From: Bryobacterales bacterium
GTDB lineage: Bacteria; Acidobacteriota; Terriglobia; Bryobacterales; Bryobacteraceae
Direction: 5' to 3'
NCBI GenBank assembly: GCA_020852755.1
Contig: JADZAF010000099.1
Coordinates: 32,125-96,124, forward strand
DNA: 64,000 bases
Shown here: one piece after another, positions 10,669 to 20,900 of the stretch
How positions within the stretch are numbered: position 1 is the stretch's first letter
Layout of the letters: each line of letters starts with the position of its first letter
Program-made: the position numbers and the translations under genes
The notes under the pieces: generated by a model
What the model saw: the letters and a program-made list of their open reading frames with translations, nothing else
Databases searched by the model: none
Told to the model about the DNA's origin: nothing

Positions 10669-11784
10669 ATGACGCACAGGGAGAGACTGCTCATCGCGCT
10701 GGAAGGAGGCAAGCCTGATCATTTGCCGGCCACGATCCATGGTTGGATGGACTACTGGCGCAATAAGTACATGAATGGCGCGGACCAGTTCGAGGCCTAC
10801 CGCTACTTCGACATGGACGCCCAGATTTTCTACTTCTCCTGGCTGGACGAACCCGTGGTTCCGGCCATGTACTTCACCGGCGACCTGGTGCCCGGTCCGG
10901 ACTGGAGGATCGCCTGCCGCGTGCTGAAGGACGACGAAGTGTCCACGGTGTACGAGTTCGAAATCCGCACTCCCGAAGGCACTCTCACCAAGACCATGGA
11001 GAAGACCGACAAGATGGCCTGGGTGACCGAGTACCCCATCAAGCACAAGGAGCAGATTCACTGGATCCGGAAGTACATGCCCCTGCCGCGCCCCGACATC
11101 GCGGATATCAACCGGGCCTTCGAGCGGATGAGAGACCAGGGCATCCTGCGGGCCGGCATCTTCAATCATCAGGGCGGCTGCTGGCAGGACGCCTGCAATT
11201 ACGTGGGCACCCAGCGCATGATCGTGGAGGCGCACGAGGACCCCGCCTGGGCCCACGAGTTCCTCAAGATCATTCTGGATTACAAGCTGCGATTCGTGGA
11301 GAGCCTGCGGGGCGCGCGCATCGACATGCTGGAGAACGGCGGCGGCGACGGCTCCATGTCGGTGATTTCCCCCAAACTCTTCTCCGAATACTGCGTGCCC
11401 TACGATCGCCAGGTAACCGAGGCCCTGCGCCGTGAGGGCATCAAGGTGGTCTACCACACCTGCGGGAAAATGATGGCCCAGTTGCACCTCATCGCCGGGA
11501 CCGGCGCCGACGCTTCGGAAACCCTGACGCCCGCCACCATGCATGGCGATGCCGACCTGCGCAGGATGAAGGATGTGCTGGGCCGGGAGATGTGCCTGAT
11601 CGGCGGCTTCGACCAGCAGGCCGGCTTCGAACGCGGCGTGAACATCCGGGCGCAGATCGCGAACATCTGGGAGCAGGCGGCTTCGAGCGGCGGCTTCATC
11701 ATGGGCGCCTCGGATCATTTCTTCGAGGGCGAGCCGGAACACATTCGCGAGTACGTGGAAGCCGCGCGCGAGTTGCGCTATTGA
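10669..11784 (+). CDS. uroporphyrinogen decarboxylase (URO-D) family protein, MtaA/CmuA-like methyltransferase type
   Basis: MTHRERLLIALEGGKPDHLPAT... N-terminus and overall length and pattern are typical of URO-D-fold methyltransferases. Its stop overlaps the next start (TGATG). Confidence 0.8.
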   Translation: MTHRERLLIALEGGKPDHLPATIHGWMDYWRNKYMNGADQFEAYRYFDMDAQIFYFSWLDEPVVPAMYFTGDLVPGPDWRIACRVLKDDEVSTVYEFEIRTPEGTLTKTMEKTDKMAWVTEYPIKHKEQIHWIRKYMPLPRPDIADINRAFERMRDQGILRAGIFNHQGGCWQDACNYVGTQRMIVEAHEDPAWAHEFLKIILDYKLRFVESLRGARIDMLENGGGDGSMSVISPKLFSEYCVPYDRQVTEALRREGIKVVYHTCGKMMAQLHLIAGTGADASETLTPATMHGDADLRRMKDVLGREMCLIGGFDQQAGFERGVNIRAQIANIWEQAASSGGFIMGASDHFFEGEPEHIREYVEAARELRY

Positions 11785-12710
11785 TGCAATTCGAATTCTT
11801 CCGGTTCCGTTTTCGCTTTCGCGCGGAGGAGCCCGTCGTTTTCCCGGCCGGCCAGTCCGGCAACATCCTGCGAGGAACGTTCGGCGCCATCTTCCGCCGC
11901 ATCGCCTGCCTGCCGGATTGCCCGGGGCCGGCCTCCTGCCGGCACCGCGGAGAGTGCGCCTACGCGCGGGTGTTCGAGCCGCGCCCGGCTTTCGAAACGG
12001 GCCCCAGCGGCCTGAAGAACTGGCCGCGCCCGTTCGTCTTCCGGGCCTCGCACCTGGACGGGCTGCGCCTGGAGCCGGGCAGCCGGTTTCACTTCGATGC
12101 GCACCTGTTCGACCTGGGCGATCCGCCGCTGCCCTATTTTCTGCTGGCCTTTGCTGAGCTTGCGCGCGAGGGTATCGGACCGCGGCGGGGCCGGGCCGCG
12201 CTGCTCGGCGTGGAGCAGTGGGACCGGGACCGCATGCTCCAGGCCAACGTTCCGCCCGACCGGCTTCTACCCCCGGTCCGGATTCCGCTTGAACCGGACG
12301 CGGGAAAAGTTCGAAACGCGTGCGTGCGCTTCGTCACCCCCACTGAGTTGAAGAGCGGCGAGCGGGTGGCGGAGCGGCCCGAGTTCGCCGTCCTCTTCGC
12401 CCGCGCGCGCGACCGCGTCAGCACCCTCCGGGCGCTCTACGGACCCGGCCCGCTGGATATCGATTTTCAGGGCATGGGTGAACGCGCCTCACGCGTGCGG
12501 ATGACACATTGCGATCTGCATCCCGAGTACGTGGAACGCCGGTCCAGCCGGACGGGGCAGACGCACCGCATCGGCGGCCTGATCGGACAAGCGGTCTACG
12601 AGGGAGAACTGGAGGAGTTCCTGCCGTACCTGCGCGCGGCCCGATGGACCGGGGTGGGACGGCACACGGTGTGGGGAAACGGCGTCATCGAGACCGATGC
12701 CGCCGGGTGA
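11784..12710 (+). CDS. cas6: Cas6-family endoribonuclease homolog (stand-alone, no array in window)
   Basis: N-terminal beta-strand [14 protein letters not shown], then [20 protein letters not shown], a C-x3-C-x5-C-x4-C-Y..VFEP zinc-finger-like insert, and a C-terminal glycine-rich loop [14 protein letters not shown]. All are hallmarks of Cas6. Start at the internal Met overlapping the upstream stop. Confidence 0.6.
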   Translation: MQFEFFRFRFRFRAEEPVVFPAGQSGNILRGTFGAIFRRIACLPDCPGPASCRHRGECAYARVFEPRPAFETGPSGLKNWPRPFVFRASHLDGLRLEPGSRFHFDAHLFDLGDPPLPYFLLAFAELAREGIGPRRGRAALLGVEQWDRDRMLQANVPPDRLLPPVRIPLEPDAGKVRNACVRFVTPTELKSGERVAERPEFAVLFARARDRVSTLRALYGPGPLDIDFQGMGERASRVRMTHCDLHPEYVERRSSRTGQTHRIGGLIGQAVYEGELEEFLPYLRAARWTGVGRHTVWGNGVIETDAAG

Positions 12711-12844
12711 GGCCTTGCGGTCCGAACTCATCGGAACTCCGCCTCCGAGCCGCGACCAGAGGGAGCGGTGGAACCGCTCCGCGCCGCCGCCCTTGGAGCC
12801 GCCGCCCCGCCGGGCGATTCCCCCCCGGTGGTACACTCGTCACG

Positions 12845-13483
12845 ATGTCCCGACTGACTGTAATCCTGACGATCGTTCTGTTGATGGCGGGCTGCGCCGG
12901 CGAGGAGCAGGGCTTCGTGCAGCTCTTCAATGGAAAGGACCTGACCGGATGGACCCTGGTCCACGGGAAGGGCCCCGGCTACGTAGTGGAAAACGGAATT
13001 CTGGTCGCGCCCGAGGACGGCGGCGGCAATCTATACACCGAGAAACAATACTCTGATTTTGTGTTTCGCTTCGAGTTCCGCCTCTCTACCAACGGCAACA
13101 ACGGCCTCGGTATCCGCGCGCCGCTGGAGGGGGATGCGGCCTACCAGGGCATGGAGATCCAGATCCTGGATGACTACGGACCGGCGTACAAGGGCCGGCT
13201 CAAGCCCGCTCAGTACCACGGCTCGATCTACGACGTGGTGCCCGCCAGGACCGGCCACCTGAAGCCGGCCGGCGAATGGAACCAGGAAGAAGTCACCGCC
13301 AGCGGCCGGCGGATCACGGTGAAGCTGAACGGCACGGTGATCGTGGATGCCGACCTGGACTCCGTCAAGGACCCCGCGATTCTCGAGAAGCACCCGGGCC
13401 TGGCGCGCGCCAGCGGCCACATCGGCTTCCTGGGCCACAACACCCGCATGGAGTTCCGCAACATCCGCATCAAGGAACTGTAG
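12845..13483 (+). CDS. DUF1080 / 3-keto-disaccharide hydrolase domain protein (lipoprotein-like signal)
   Basis: Signal peptide with Cys (LLMAGCAGE), [10 protein letters not shown], and a ...[22 protein letters not shown]-terminus typical of the family. Confidence 0.8.
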   Translation: MSRLTVILTIVLLMAGCAGEEQGFVQLFNGKDLTGWTLVHGKGPGYVVENGILVAPEDGGGNLYTEKQYSDFVFRFEFRLSTNGNNGLGIRAPLEGDAAYQGMEIQILDDYGPAYKGRLKPAQYHGSIYDVVPARTGHLKPAGEWNQEEVTASGRRITVKLNGTVIVDADLDSVKDPAILEKHPGLARASGHIGFLGHNTRMEFRNIRIKEL

Positions 13484-13599
13484 CGCGGGGAGGGACGAGT
13501 CCATGCGGGGCAACGCCCTCCGGACTCAGCCCGGCCCCCGAAGCATACCGTGGGATCGCAAGCCTGCGAAAAGCGGAACGTCCCGCCTGTCCCCGCGGT

Positions 13600-14442
13600 T
13601 CACGGTTTCTCGAAGGTGATGGAGCTTTCCGCTCCGAAGCGCTTGTACTCGCTATAGCGGATGTTCAACCGGATCCTCTGCGGGCCCGTGCGGAACTGCA
13701 GGGTGTCGTCCGCCCAGGTCCGCGCCGGGAACCAGTGCCCGCCGTCCACCGGGCGCCGGATGGTCGTGAAGCGCGGGAACAGATTCTCCGATTTCGTGCT
13801 GTAGATCTGGGGCACCGCCTGGCCTTCGGTTCGCACGATGGAGTAGTCCTTCTTGCTCACCCACAGCAGGCCTTCGAACAGGCGCATTCCCGAGAGGATC
13901 TGCCGCGGCCGCGCCTCCAGCACCCAGCAGTCCACCTCGTCCATCCTCTCTTCCCCTCGGAACCGGGTCTCGTACAGGCGCAGCGCCGCGGTGACCAGCA
14001 CCAGCGGCTGAATCTGGCGGATGTCCTGGAAATCCTCGGGCGTCAGGATCAGGCGTTTCAGCGTGTTCAGCGGCGTTTCCAGAAGCTGTTCCGTGCGCTC
14101 CTGCTGTGGCGAAAAGATGATGTCCCGCACCTCGCGATACTCGCCCACCATCATGCCGCGGTCGTTCACTTCCTCGATCGAAACGCTCTGCCGGTAGGTG
14201 TACTGGTTGCGCACCGCTTCGGTTTCGGTTTCCTTCTTTGCCACGTTGCGAGTCAGTTCCGCCAGGGGCGGCTGTGCATCCACCGGAGCTATCAGACAGC
14301 CGAATGCTAAAATGACGCCGATGCTTCCGTGGCGGCGAAACTTCCTTCTGGCCCTTCTGATCGGATGGGCCGTGCTGAGCGTGGCGGGTTTCCTGTATGC
14401 CCGCGAGAAATTCGTGCCTCCCAGCCTGGCCGTGCCCATCAT
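13600..14442 (-). CDS. hypothetical exported protein (LolA-like/outer-membrane lipoprotein-sorting-like fold guess)
   Basis: Arg-rich n-region then hydrophobic IGVILAFGCLIAPVDAQ. There is no in-frame ATG/GTG/TTG near the signal peptide, so the upstream Met pair is used. This overlaps the divergent CPBP start. Confidence 0.45.
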   Translation of the reverse strand: MMGTARLGGTNFSRAYRKPATLSTAHPIRRARRKFRRHGSIGVILAFGCLIAPVDAQPPLAELTRNVAKKETETEAVRNQYTYRQSVSIEEVNDRGMMVGEYREVRDIIFSPQQERTEQLLETPLNTLKRLILTPEDFQDIRQIQPLVLVTAALRLYETRFRGEERMDEVDCWVLEARPRQILSGMRLFEGLLWVSKKDYSIVRTEGQAVPQIYSTKSENLFPRFTTIRRPVDGGHWFPARTWADDTLQFRTGPQRIRLNIRYSEYKRFGAESSITFEKP

Positions 14443-15295
14443 TGCCGCATTCCTCTTCGAGTACCCATTTTATCTGCTGCCCGGATTCGCAGGCGCCCGG
14501 GAGTGGCTTTCCCGGCGGCTCCTGTCTCCCACGCTCGCCGTCCTGCTGACCGCCAGCGCCCTGGCGCCGTATCTGGTCTACAGCCTCGGCGCCGGCCAGT
14601 TTCGATGGGGCGCGCTCGTCCGGCTGGCGGTGCTGGCCGCGGCCGTGTCCTTCTGGTACGTGATCCGGCAGCCCTCCGTCACCGCCGATGTGGCGTTCCT
14701 CGTTCTGCTGGCGGCGCCCATCCTGATGCGCTTCTTCGACTGGGTCTACACCTCGCCGCTGCTCAACCTGGACCTGGATGTCCTGGGCCAGTTGATGCTC
14801 ATCCGCCTGGCCGCGGCCGCGGTCCTCATCTTTCGAAAGCCGGAGGGCGTCGGTTTCGGCTTCCTGCCCACGGCGCGCGAATGGAAGATCGGAGTGCTGC
14901 ACTTCGCCATGTTCATTCCGGTCGGGTTTGCCCTGGCCCTGGCCATCGGACTGTATCGCTTCCAGCCCTCCTTCGGGCCCTGGTGGAAGCCGGTGGGGCT
15001 GTTCGTGGGCATGCTGTGGGTGGTAGCGCTCTCCGAGGAGTTCCTGTTTCGCGGCCTGTTGCAGCGCTGGCTTACCGACTGGCTGGGCCGGCCGCAGGCC
15101 GCTCTGATTCTGGCCGCGCTGCTGTTCGGGTCGGTCCATTTGTGGTTCCGCCAGTTTCCGAACTGGCGCTTCGCGCTGGTGGCCGCCGTGGCGGGCTGGT
15201 TCTACGGCCGCGCCTACCGCGTGGCCGGAGGCATCCGGGCCGCCATGGTGGCGCACGCGCTGACCAACGTGGTGGCGAAGACCCTGTTCGCTTGA
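14309..15295 (+). CDS. CPBP family intramembrane glutamic endopeptidase (CAAX protease-like)
   Basis: Motifs SEEFLFRGLL, FGSVHLW and HALTN in TM helices. The start is uncertain. Confidence 0.7.
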   Translation, partial: KMTPMLPWRRNFLLALLIGWAVLSVAGFLYAREKFVPPSLAVPIIAAFLFEYPFYLLPGFAGAREWLSRRLLSPTLAVLLTASALAPYLVYSLGAGQFRWGALVRLAVLAAAVSFWYVIRQPSVTADVAFLVLLAAPILMRFFDWVYTSPLLNLDLDVLGQLMLIRLAAAAVLIFRKPEGVGFGFLPTAREWKIGVLHFAMFIPVGFALALAIGLYRFQPSFGPWWKPVGLFVGMLWVVALSEEFLFRGLLQRWLTDWLGRPQAALILAALLFGSVHLWFRQFPNWRFALVAAVAGWFYGRAYRVAGGIRAAMVAHALTNVVAKTLFA

Positions 15296-15319
15296 GGACG
15301 CTCCGCGGCTCCTGGGGGG

Positions 15320-16369
15320 ATGTTGAGAGAGGCGATCCGGAGTTTCTTTCCCGGCTACTTCGCCATGGTCATGGCAACGGGGATCGTTTCCATTGCCGCC
15401 CACTGGCTGGAAATGCCTCTGGCCGCCCGGGCCTTGTTCGGGTTCAATGTCGGGCTGTACTGCTTTTTGTGGCTGCTGACGGTCCTGCGCCTGGCCTGGT
15501 TCCCGCGCCTGTTCCTGGACGACCTGTGCGACCACCGCCGCGGCCCGCCCCTGTTCACCCTGGTGGCGGCATCTTCGGTTCTGGGCAGCCAGTTCGTGCT
15601 GCTCGCCGGCCGGTACACCGCCGCTTTCGGTCTCTGGGCGGCCTCGGTGGTTTTGTGGTTCGGCCTGACCTACGCGATCTTTCCCGCCCTGACCGTCAAG
15701 TCCGGCAAACCTCCTTTGCAGGAAGGCATCACCGGAGTCTCGCTGCTGGCCGTGGTGGCCACGCAGTCCATCGCGGTTCTGGGCGCCCTGCTGGCCGCGC
15801 ACTGGCGCCAGCCCTACCGCCTGGAGGCCAATTTCTTCTCCCTCTGTATGTGGCTGTGCGGCGGCATGCTGTACATCTGGATCATCTCGCTGATCTTCTA
15901 CCGCTACACCTTCCTGCGCTTCTCGCCCGCCGACCTGGCCCCTTCCTATTGGATCAACATGGGCGCCATGGCCATCTCCGCGCTGGCTGGAGCGCGGCTG
16001 ATTGAAAACGCGCCTGACGCCCCGTTTCTGAATTCACTGCTTCCGTTCCTCAAGGGCTTCACGCTGTTCTACTGGGCTACCGGCACGTGGTGGATCCCGA
16101 TGCTGGGGGTTCTGGCGGTCTGGCGCTACGTCTACAGGCGGTCCCCGCTCCGGTATGATGCCTCCTACTGGGCGGCGGTGTTTCCTTTGGGCATGTATAC
16201 CGTTTGCACCTGGGAAATGGCCCGGGCGCTGGAGATGGCGTTCCTCTACGCCATCCCCCGGTTCTTCGTGTACGTCGCGCTGGCCGCCTGGGCCGCGGCC
16301 CTGGCGGGCCTGAGCTGGCGCCTGCTGCGCCGCCCGGGGAAGACCATCCCGGCGCCGCAGACCGGCTGA
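15320..16369 (+). CDS. TDT family transporter (TehA / C4-dicarboxylate-malic acid transporter-like)
   Basis: 10-TM protein with the TehA-like N-terminal pattern (FAMVMATGIVSIAAH). Confidence 0.7.
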   Translation: MLREAIRSFFPGYFAMVMATGIVSIAAHWLEMPLAARALFGFNVGLYCFLWLLTVLRLAWFPRLFLDDLCDHRRGPPLFTLVAASSVLGSQFVLLAGRYTAAFGLWAASVVLWFGLTYAIFPALTVKSGKPPLQEGITGVSLLAVVATQSIAVLGALLAAHWRQPYRLEANFFSLCMWLCGGMLYIWIISLIFYRYTFLRFSPADLAPSYWINMGAMAISALAGARLIENAPDAPFLNSLLPFLKGFTLFYWATGTWWIPMLGVLAVWRYVYRRSPLRYDASYWAAVFPLGMYTVCTWEMARALEMAFLYAIPRFFVYVALAAWAAALAGLSWRLLRRPGKTIPAPQTG

Positions 16370-16395
16370 GCGGCGTGCCGGTATATGCTTGTTTC

Positions 16396-17784
16396 ATGAA
16401 ATGCGCGCTGCTGCTGCCGCTGGCCGCCTGGCTGGCGCAGGCCCAGCCCTGGTGCGTGGTTGAGAAACCCACCACGCAGGGGATTCAGGCTGCCATCGAT
16501 GCGTGCTCCGCCAAAGGCGGCGGCGTGGCCTGGGTTCCGCCCGGCCAGTACAGTACCGGTCCGCTCTGGCTCAAGGACAACGTCGAACTCCGGCTGGAAG
16601 CGGGCGCTACCCTCTCGATCAGCCAGAACCGCGCCGACTGGCCGGCCGGCGTTCCGGCCCTGGTCAACTCCCGGGGCGCCCGGAACATTTCCATCACCGG
16701 GAAGGGGACGCTGGACGGCAGAGCGCAGTACGAGTACGCTGACATGCGGGGCCTGGACGTCGAAATCGAAAGGGAGATCGAAAACGCGCGCGCCGCCGGC
16801 GTGGAACTGAAGCGCTACTACCGGACGGGCGTGCAGAAGTACCTGGTCGTGCTCCAGGATTCGCGCGAGATCCGCATCGAGGGTGTCCGCCTGGTCAACT
16901 CGCCGCTCTGGACCGTGCGCCTTCAGGACTGCGATCAGGTGTGGATTCGCGGTGTCTACCTCTACTCGGACCTCGAGAAAGGAGTGAATGCCGACGGGAT
17001 CGATATCGTCTCTACTTCCAACGTCCTGATCTCGGACTCCGTGATCATCACCGCCGACGACGCCATCTGCCTCAAGACCCAGGTGTGGGGCCGCCGCGCC
17101 GCGCGAGAGGCCGCGCGGCCCACCGAGAACGTCACGGTCGCCAATTGCATCCTCTCTTCGTCGTCTTCAGCCATGAAGATCGGCACCGAAACGCACGCCG
17201 GCATCCGGCACGTGGTTTTCTCGAATATCGTGGTGCGGGATTCCAATAAGGCCATCGGAATCGACGTGCTGGACGGCGGCACGGTAAGCGATATCCGCTT
17301 TCACAACGTGACCTTCGAGCTGAATCGCCGGCACTGGAACTGGTGGGGCAGCGCCGAGGTGTTCAAGTTCCAGCTCAAGAAACGCACGCCCCAATCGCCC
17401 CTCGGGCGGATCGAGAACGTCGTCATCGACGGCATTCAGGGCACCGCTCGGGGAACCTCGGTCATGACCGGGCACCCCGAACGCTCCCTCAGGAACATCA
17501 CCATCCGCGGGCTGCGTGTGAAAATGCTTCCGGAGAACAAGCCCGACAAGCGAGCCACCCATGCCATGAGGGCGGAACGGGTCGAGAACCTGACCCTGCG
17601 TGACATCCGTGTGGAATGGGACCAGGAAGCTCCCGAACCGGCCTGGGGCGGCGCCCTGGCCCTTAGCGACATCGATGGACTCGAAATACAGGGCTTTCAC
17701 GGGCAGTCCGGCAGCCGGGACCCATCCGTGCCGGCGGTCTTGAAGGAACGGGTACGGGAGGCGGCGCCCGGCCGGCAGCGGTAG
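16396..17784 (+). CDS. glycoside hydrolase family 28 (polygalacturonase-like, right-handed beta-helix)
   Basis: Signal peptide, and NxDGID / ...DSVIITADDAICLKT... / RVxN beta-helix repeats with the GH28 catalytic Asp cluster. Confidence 0.8.
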   Translation: MKCALLLPLAAWLAQAQPWCVVEKPTTQGIQAAIDACSAKGGGVAWVPPGQYSTGPLWLKDNVELRLEAGATLSISQNRADWPAGVPALVNSRGARNISITGKGTLDGRAQYEYADMRGLDVEIEREIENARAAGVELKRYYRTGVQKYLVVLQDSREIRIEGVRLVNSPLWTVRLQDCDQVWIRGVYLYSDLEKGVNADGIDIVSTSNVLISDSVIITADDAICLKTQVWGRRAAREAARPTENVTVANCILSSSSSAMKIGTETHAGIRHVVFSNIVVRDSNKAIGIDVLDGGTVSDIRFHNVTFELNRRHWNWWGSAEVFKFQLKKRTPQSPLGRIENVVIDGIQGTARGTSVMTGHPERSLRNITIRGLRVKMLPENKPDKRATHAMRAERVENLTLRDIRVEWDQEAPEPAWGGALALSDIDGLEIQGFHGQSGSRDPSVPAVLKERVREAAPGRQR

Positions 17785-17985
17785 AAAGGCCTGTTCGACC
17801 CTCGGGCAGGGGAGAGGGTGATTCCCGGAAAGCGCCCGTGGCGCAAGCCGGATCGGGGCCGTGGATGGCCGGACCTGACGGGAGCAGCAAGCCTCCTCCG
17901 GTGAGATAGAATCGTGGTCTGCGGCGCCGCTCGCGGATCGCACGGACGGCCAACCCCAGAAAGTCTGTCCGGCCGGAGGGGCGCC

Positions 17986-20900
17986 ATGGCCCATACGATT
18001 CTCGTCGTCGGTGATGCCGGCGCGGGTTCCCGCGCCCGCGCACGGTGCTTCCGTGAAGCAGGCTTCGAGGTTCTCGAAGCGGCCGCCGGCACGGATGCGC
18101 TGGAACTCGCCTCCGCGGCTCGCCCGGCGGTTGTCGTCCTCCCCCTGGAATTGCCCGGCGCAGGCGGTTTCAGGCTCTGCAGGCAGTTGAAGGCCGACCC
18201 CCGGACCGCCTCCATTCCCGTCCTGCACATCTCCGGCCGGGGCGGCTCCGCCGGCTATCCCGAGTCGTTGAGAAGCGGGGCCGAAGCCTGCCTTCAGGAG
18301 CCGGTCGATCCGCCAGTCCTGCTCGAAGTGGTGCAGGCGCTGCTCGAAACGAGGCCCGGGCCGGACGCTCCAGGGAAAGCGGAATCGGATGCGGCGGCCA
18401 ATCAAAGGCTGGCGGCCCTGATCGACAGCATTCCCGACGAAGTGTGGTTCGCCGACAATCAGGGCAGGTTTACCCTGGCCAACCCCTCCGCCCTCCGCGA
18501 GTTCCGGATCGATGCGCCGGGCCTCACCACCGTGGAGGACCTGGCCAGGAGCCTGGAAGTGCTTCGCCCCGACGGCGCCCCTCGTCCTCTGGAGGAGGCG
18601 CCGCCGCTGCGTGCCCTGCGCGGGGAGACGGTTCGCGCGCAGGAGGAGATCATACGGACTCCCGCCAGTGGAGACCTGCGGTACCGGGAGGTGAGCGCCT
18701 CGCCGGTCCGTGACGCCGCCGGGATGATCGTGGGCTCGGTTTCCGTGGTCCGCGATATCACTGAGCGCAAGAAAGCCGAACAGGCCTTGCGGGCGGGCGA
18801 AGAGCGGCACCGGACACTGTTTGAGAGGATGACCGAGGCCTTCGCTCTGGGCGAGGTGATCTGCGGAGAAGACGGGGCTCCATGCGACCTACGCTGCCTG
18901 ACCCTGAACCCCGCCTTCGAACGTCAAACCGGCATCAAAGGCGAACGTGTCTCCGGCAGGACGCTGCGGGAAGTTTTTCCCGCAGCCGAAGCAGTGTGGG
19001 TCGAGCGTCTGGGCGCGGTCGCCCTGACCGGGGGGCCGGCACGGTTCGAGGCCTGGTTCGGCCCGCTCAAACGGTGGTTCGAAGTGTCCGCTTTCCGGGC
19101 CGGACCCGGCCGGTTCGGCGTGCTTTTCACCGACGTCACCGCCCGCAGGAGCATTGAAGAGGAGCGGCAGTATCTGGCCGCCGAGCTGGCCAACCGGGTG
19201 GGGGAACTGCAGGCCATCCTCGACGCCGCTCCGGTCCCCATCTGGATCGCCCACGATCCTCAATGCCGGCGCATCACCGGGAACGCCTACGCCGACCAGG
19301 TCGTGATGCATGCGCGGCCGGGCGGCAACATCTCCCTCAGCGCGCCTCCGGACAGCGGCGCCCCTGCGTACCGCGTGTTCCGTGAAGGCGTGGAACTGCG
19401 CCCCGAGGAGTTGCCCGCCCAGGTGGCGGCGGCCACGGGCCGGCCCACCAGACAGGAGGAATTGGAATTGGTGTTTCCGGACGGCCGTGCCGTTACTCTG
19501 CTGATGGCCGCCGTGCCGCTGTTCGATGCCTTGGGAAACGTGCGCGGCGCGGTTGCGGCAGGAGCCGATGTGACCCGGATCAAGAAGGCCGAGGAGGTGC
19601 TCAAGGAAAGCGAGACGGTCCTGCGCAGCTTCTTCGACAGTCCCGGAGTGATACGCGGCATCGTGGAGCTGGCGGAGGGTCGCATCATCCACGTTTCCTG
19701 CAACATTCCGGCGGCGGCCGCGCTGGGAGTGGACCGCGATGCGATCGCGGGCAAGTCTCTGACCGAAGCCGGGGCGCCGCCGGAGATCGAGCGGATGTGG
19801 CTGGCTCTCTCCGATGAGATCCGGAGCACGGGCCAGCCGGTTTCCAGGGAGTATCTCCGCCGGGCGGCCGGGGGGCAGGAGCGCTGGCTGCATGTGACCG
19901 CCTGCTACGTGGGGCTCGGGCGCAACGGAAACCCGCGGTTCGCTTACACCGGCTTCGATGTCACCGAGCGTAAGCGCACCGAAGAGGCGCTGCGCAACAG
20001 CGAGAGGATCTACCGCGCGATCGGCGAGAGCATCGATTACGGGGTATGGGTATGCGACCCCGATGGCCGGAACACGTACGCCAGCGAGTCTTTCCTCAAT
20101 CTGGTGGGCCTGACGCAGGAGCAGTGCTCCAGCTTCGGCTGGGGCGACGTCCTCCATCCCGAGGATTCGCAGCGCACCATCGCGGCCTGGAAGGAGTGCG
20201 TGCGCACGGAGGGGGTGTGGGACATCGAGCACCGCTTCCGCGGCGTAGACGGAGAATGGCATCCCATTCTCGCCCGCGGCGTGCCGGTTCGAGACGAGCA
20301 GGGGCGCATCACCCGCTGGGCGGGCATCAACCTGGACATCGGCCGCCTGAAGCGCGCCGAGCAGTCCCTGCGCGAGAGCGAGCGCCGGGAACGAGCCCGG
20401 GCGGCCGAGCTGGAAGCGGTGATGAATGCGGCTCCCGGCATGATCCTCATTGCCCGCGACGACCAGTGCCGGTACCTTGCGGGCAACTCCATGGCCTACG
20501 ATCTGCTCCGGCGGCCCCCCGGCAGCAATCTCTCCAAGTCCGCCCCGGAAGACGAAAGGCCGGCCAATTTCAGGGTCATGAAGGGTGGAGTCGAAATGCC
20601 GCTCCAGGAACTGCCGCCCCAGAAGGCCGCCTTGACCGGCCAGCCGGTCCGGGATTGCGAAATCGACCTTGCGTTCGATGACGGCTCCTCGGTGAGCCTG
20701 CTCGGCAATGCGGTGCCCATGCTGGACGAGAACGGCCGCCCGCGTGGAGCGGTGGGGGTTTTCATCGACATCACCGAGCGCAAGCGCGCCGAGGACCGCC
20801 TCCGGGAAGCCCAGAAGCTCGAGAGCCTCGGCCTGCTGGCCGGCGGCGTGGCACACGACTTCAACAACCTGCTGGTGGGCGTGGTCGGCAACGCCAGCCT

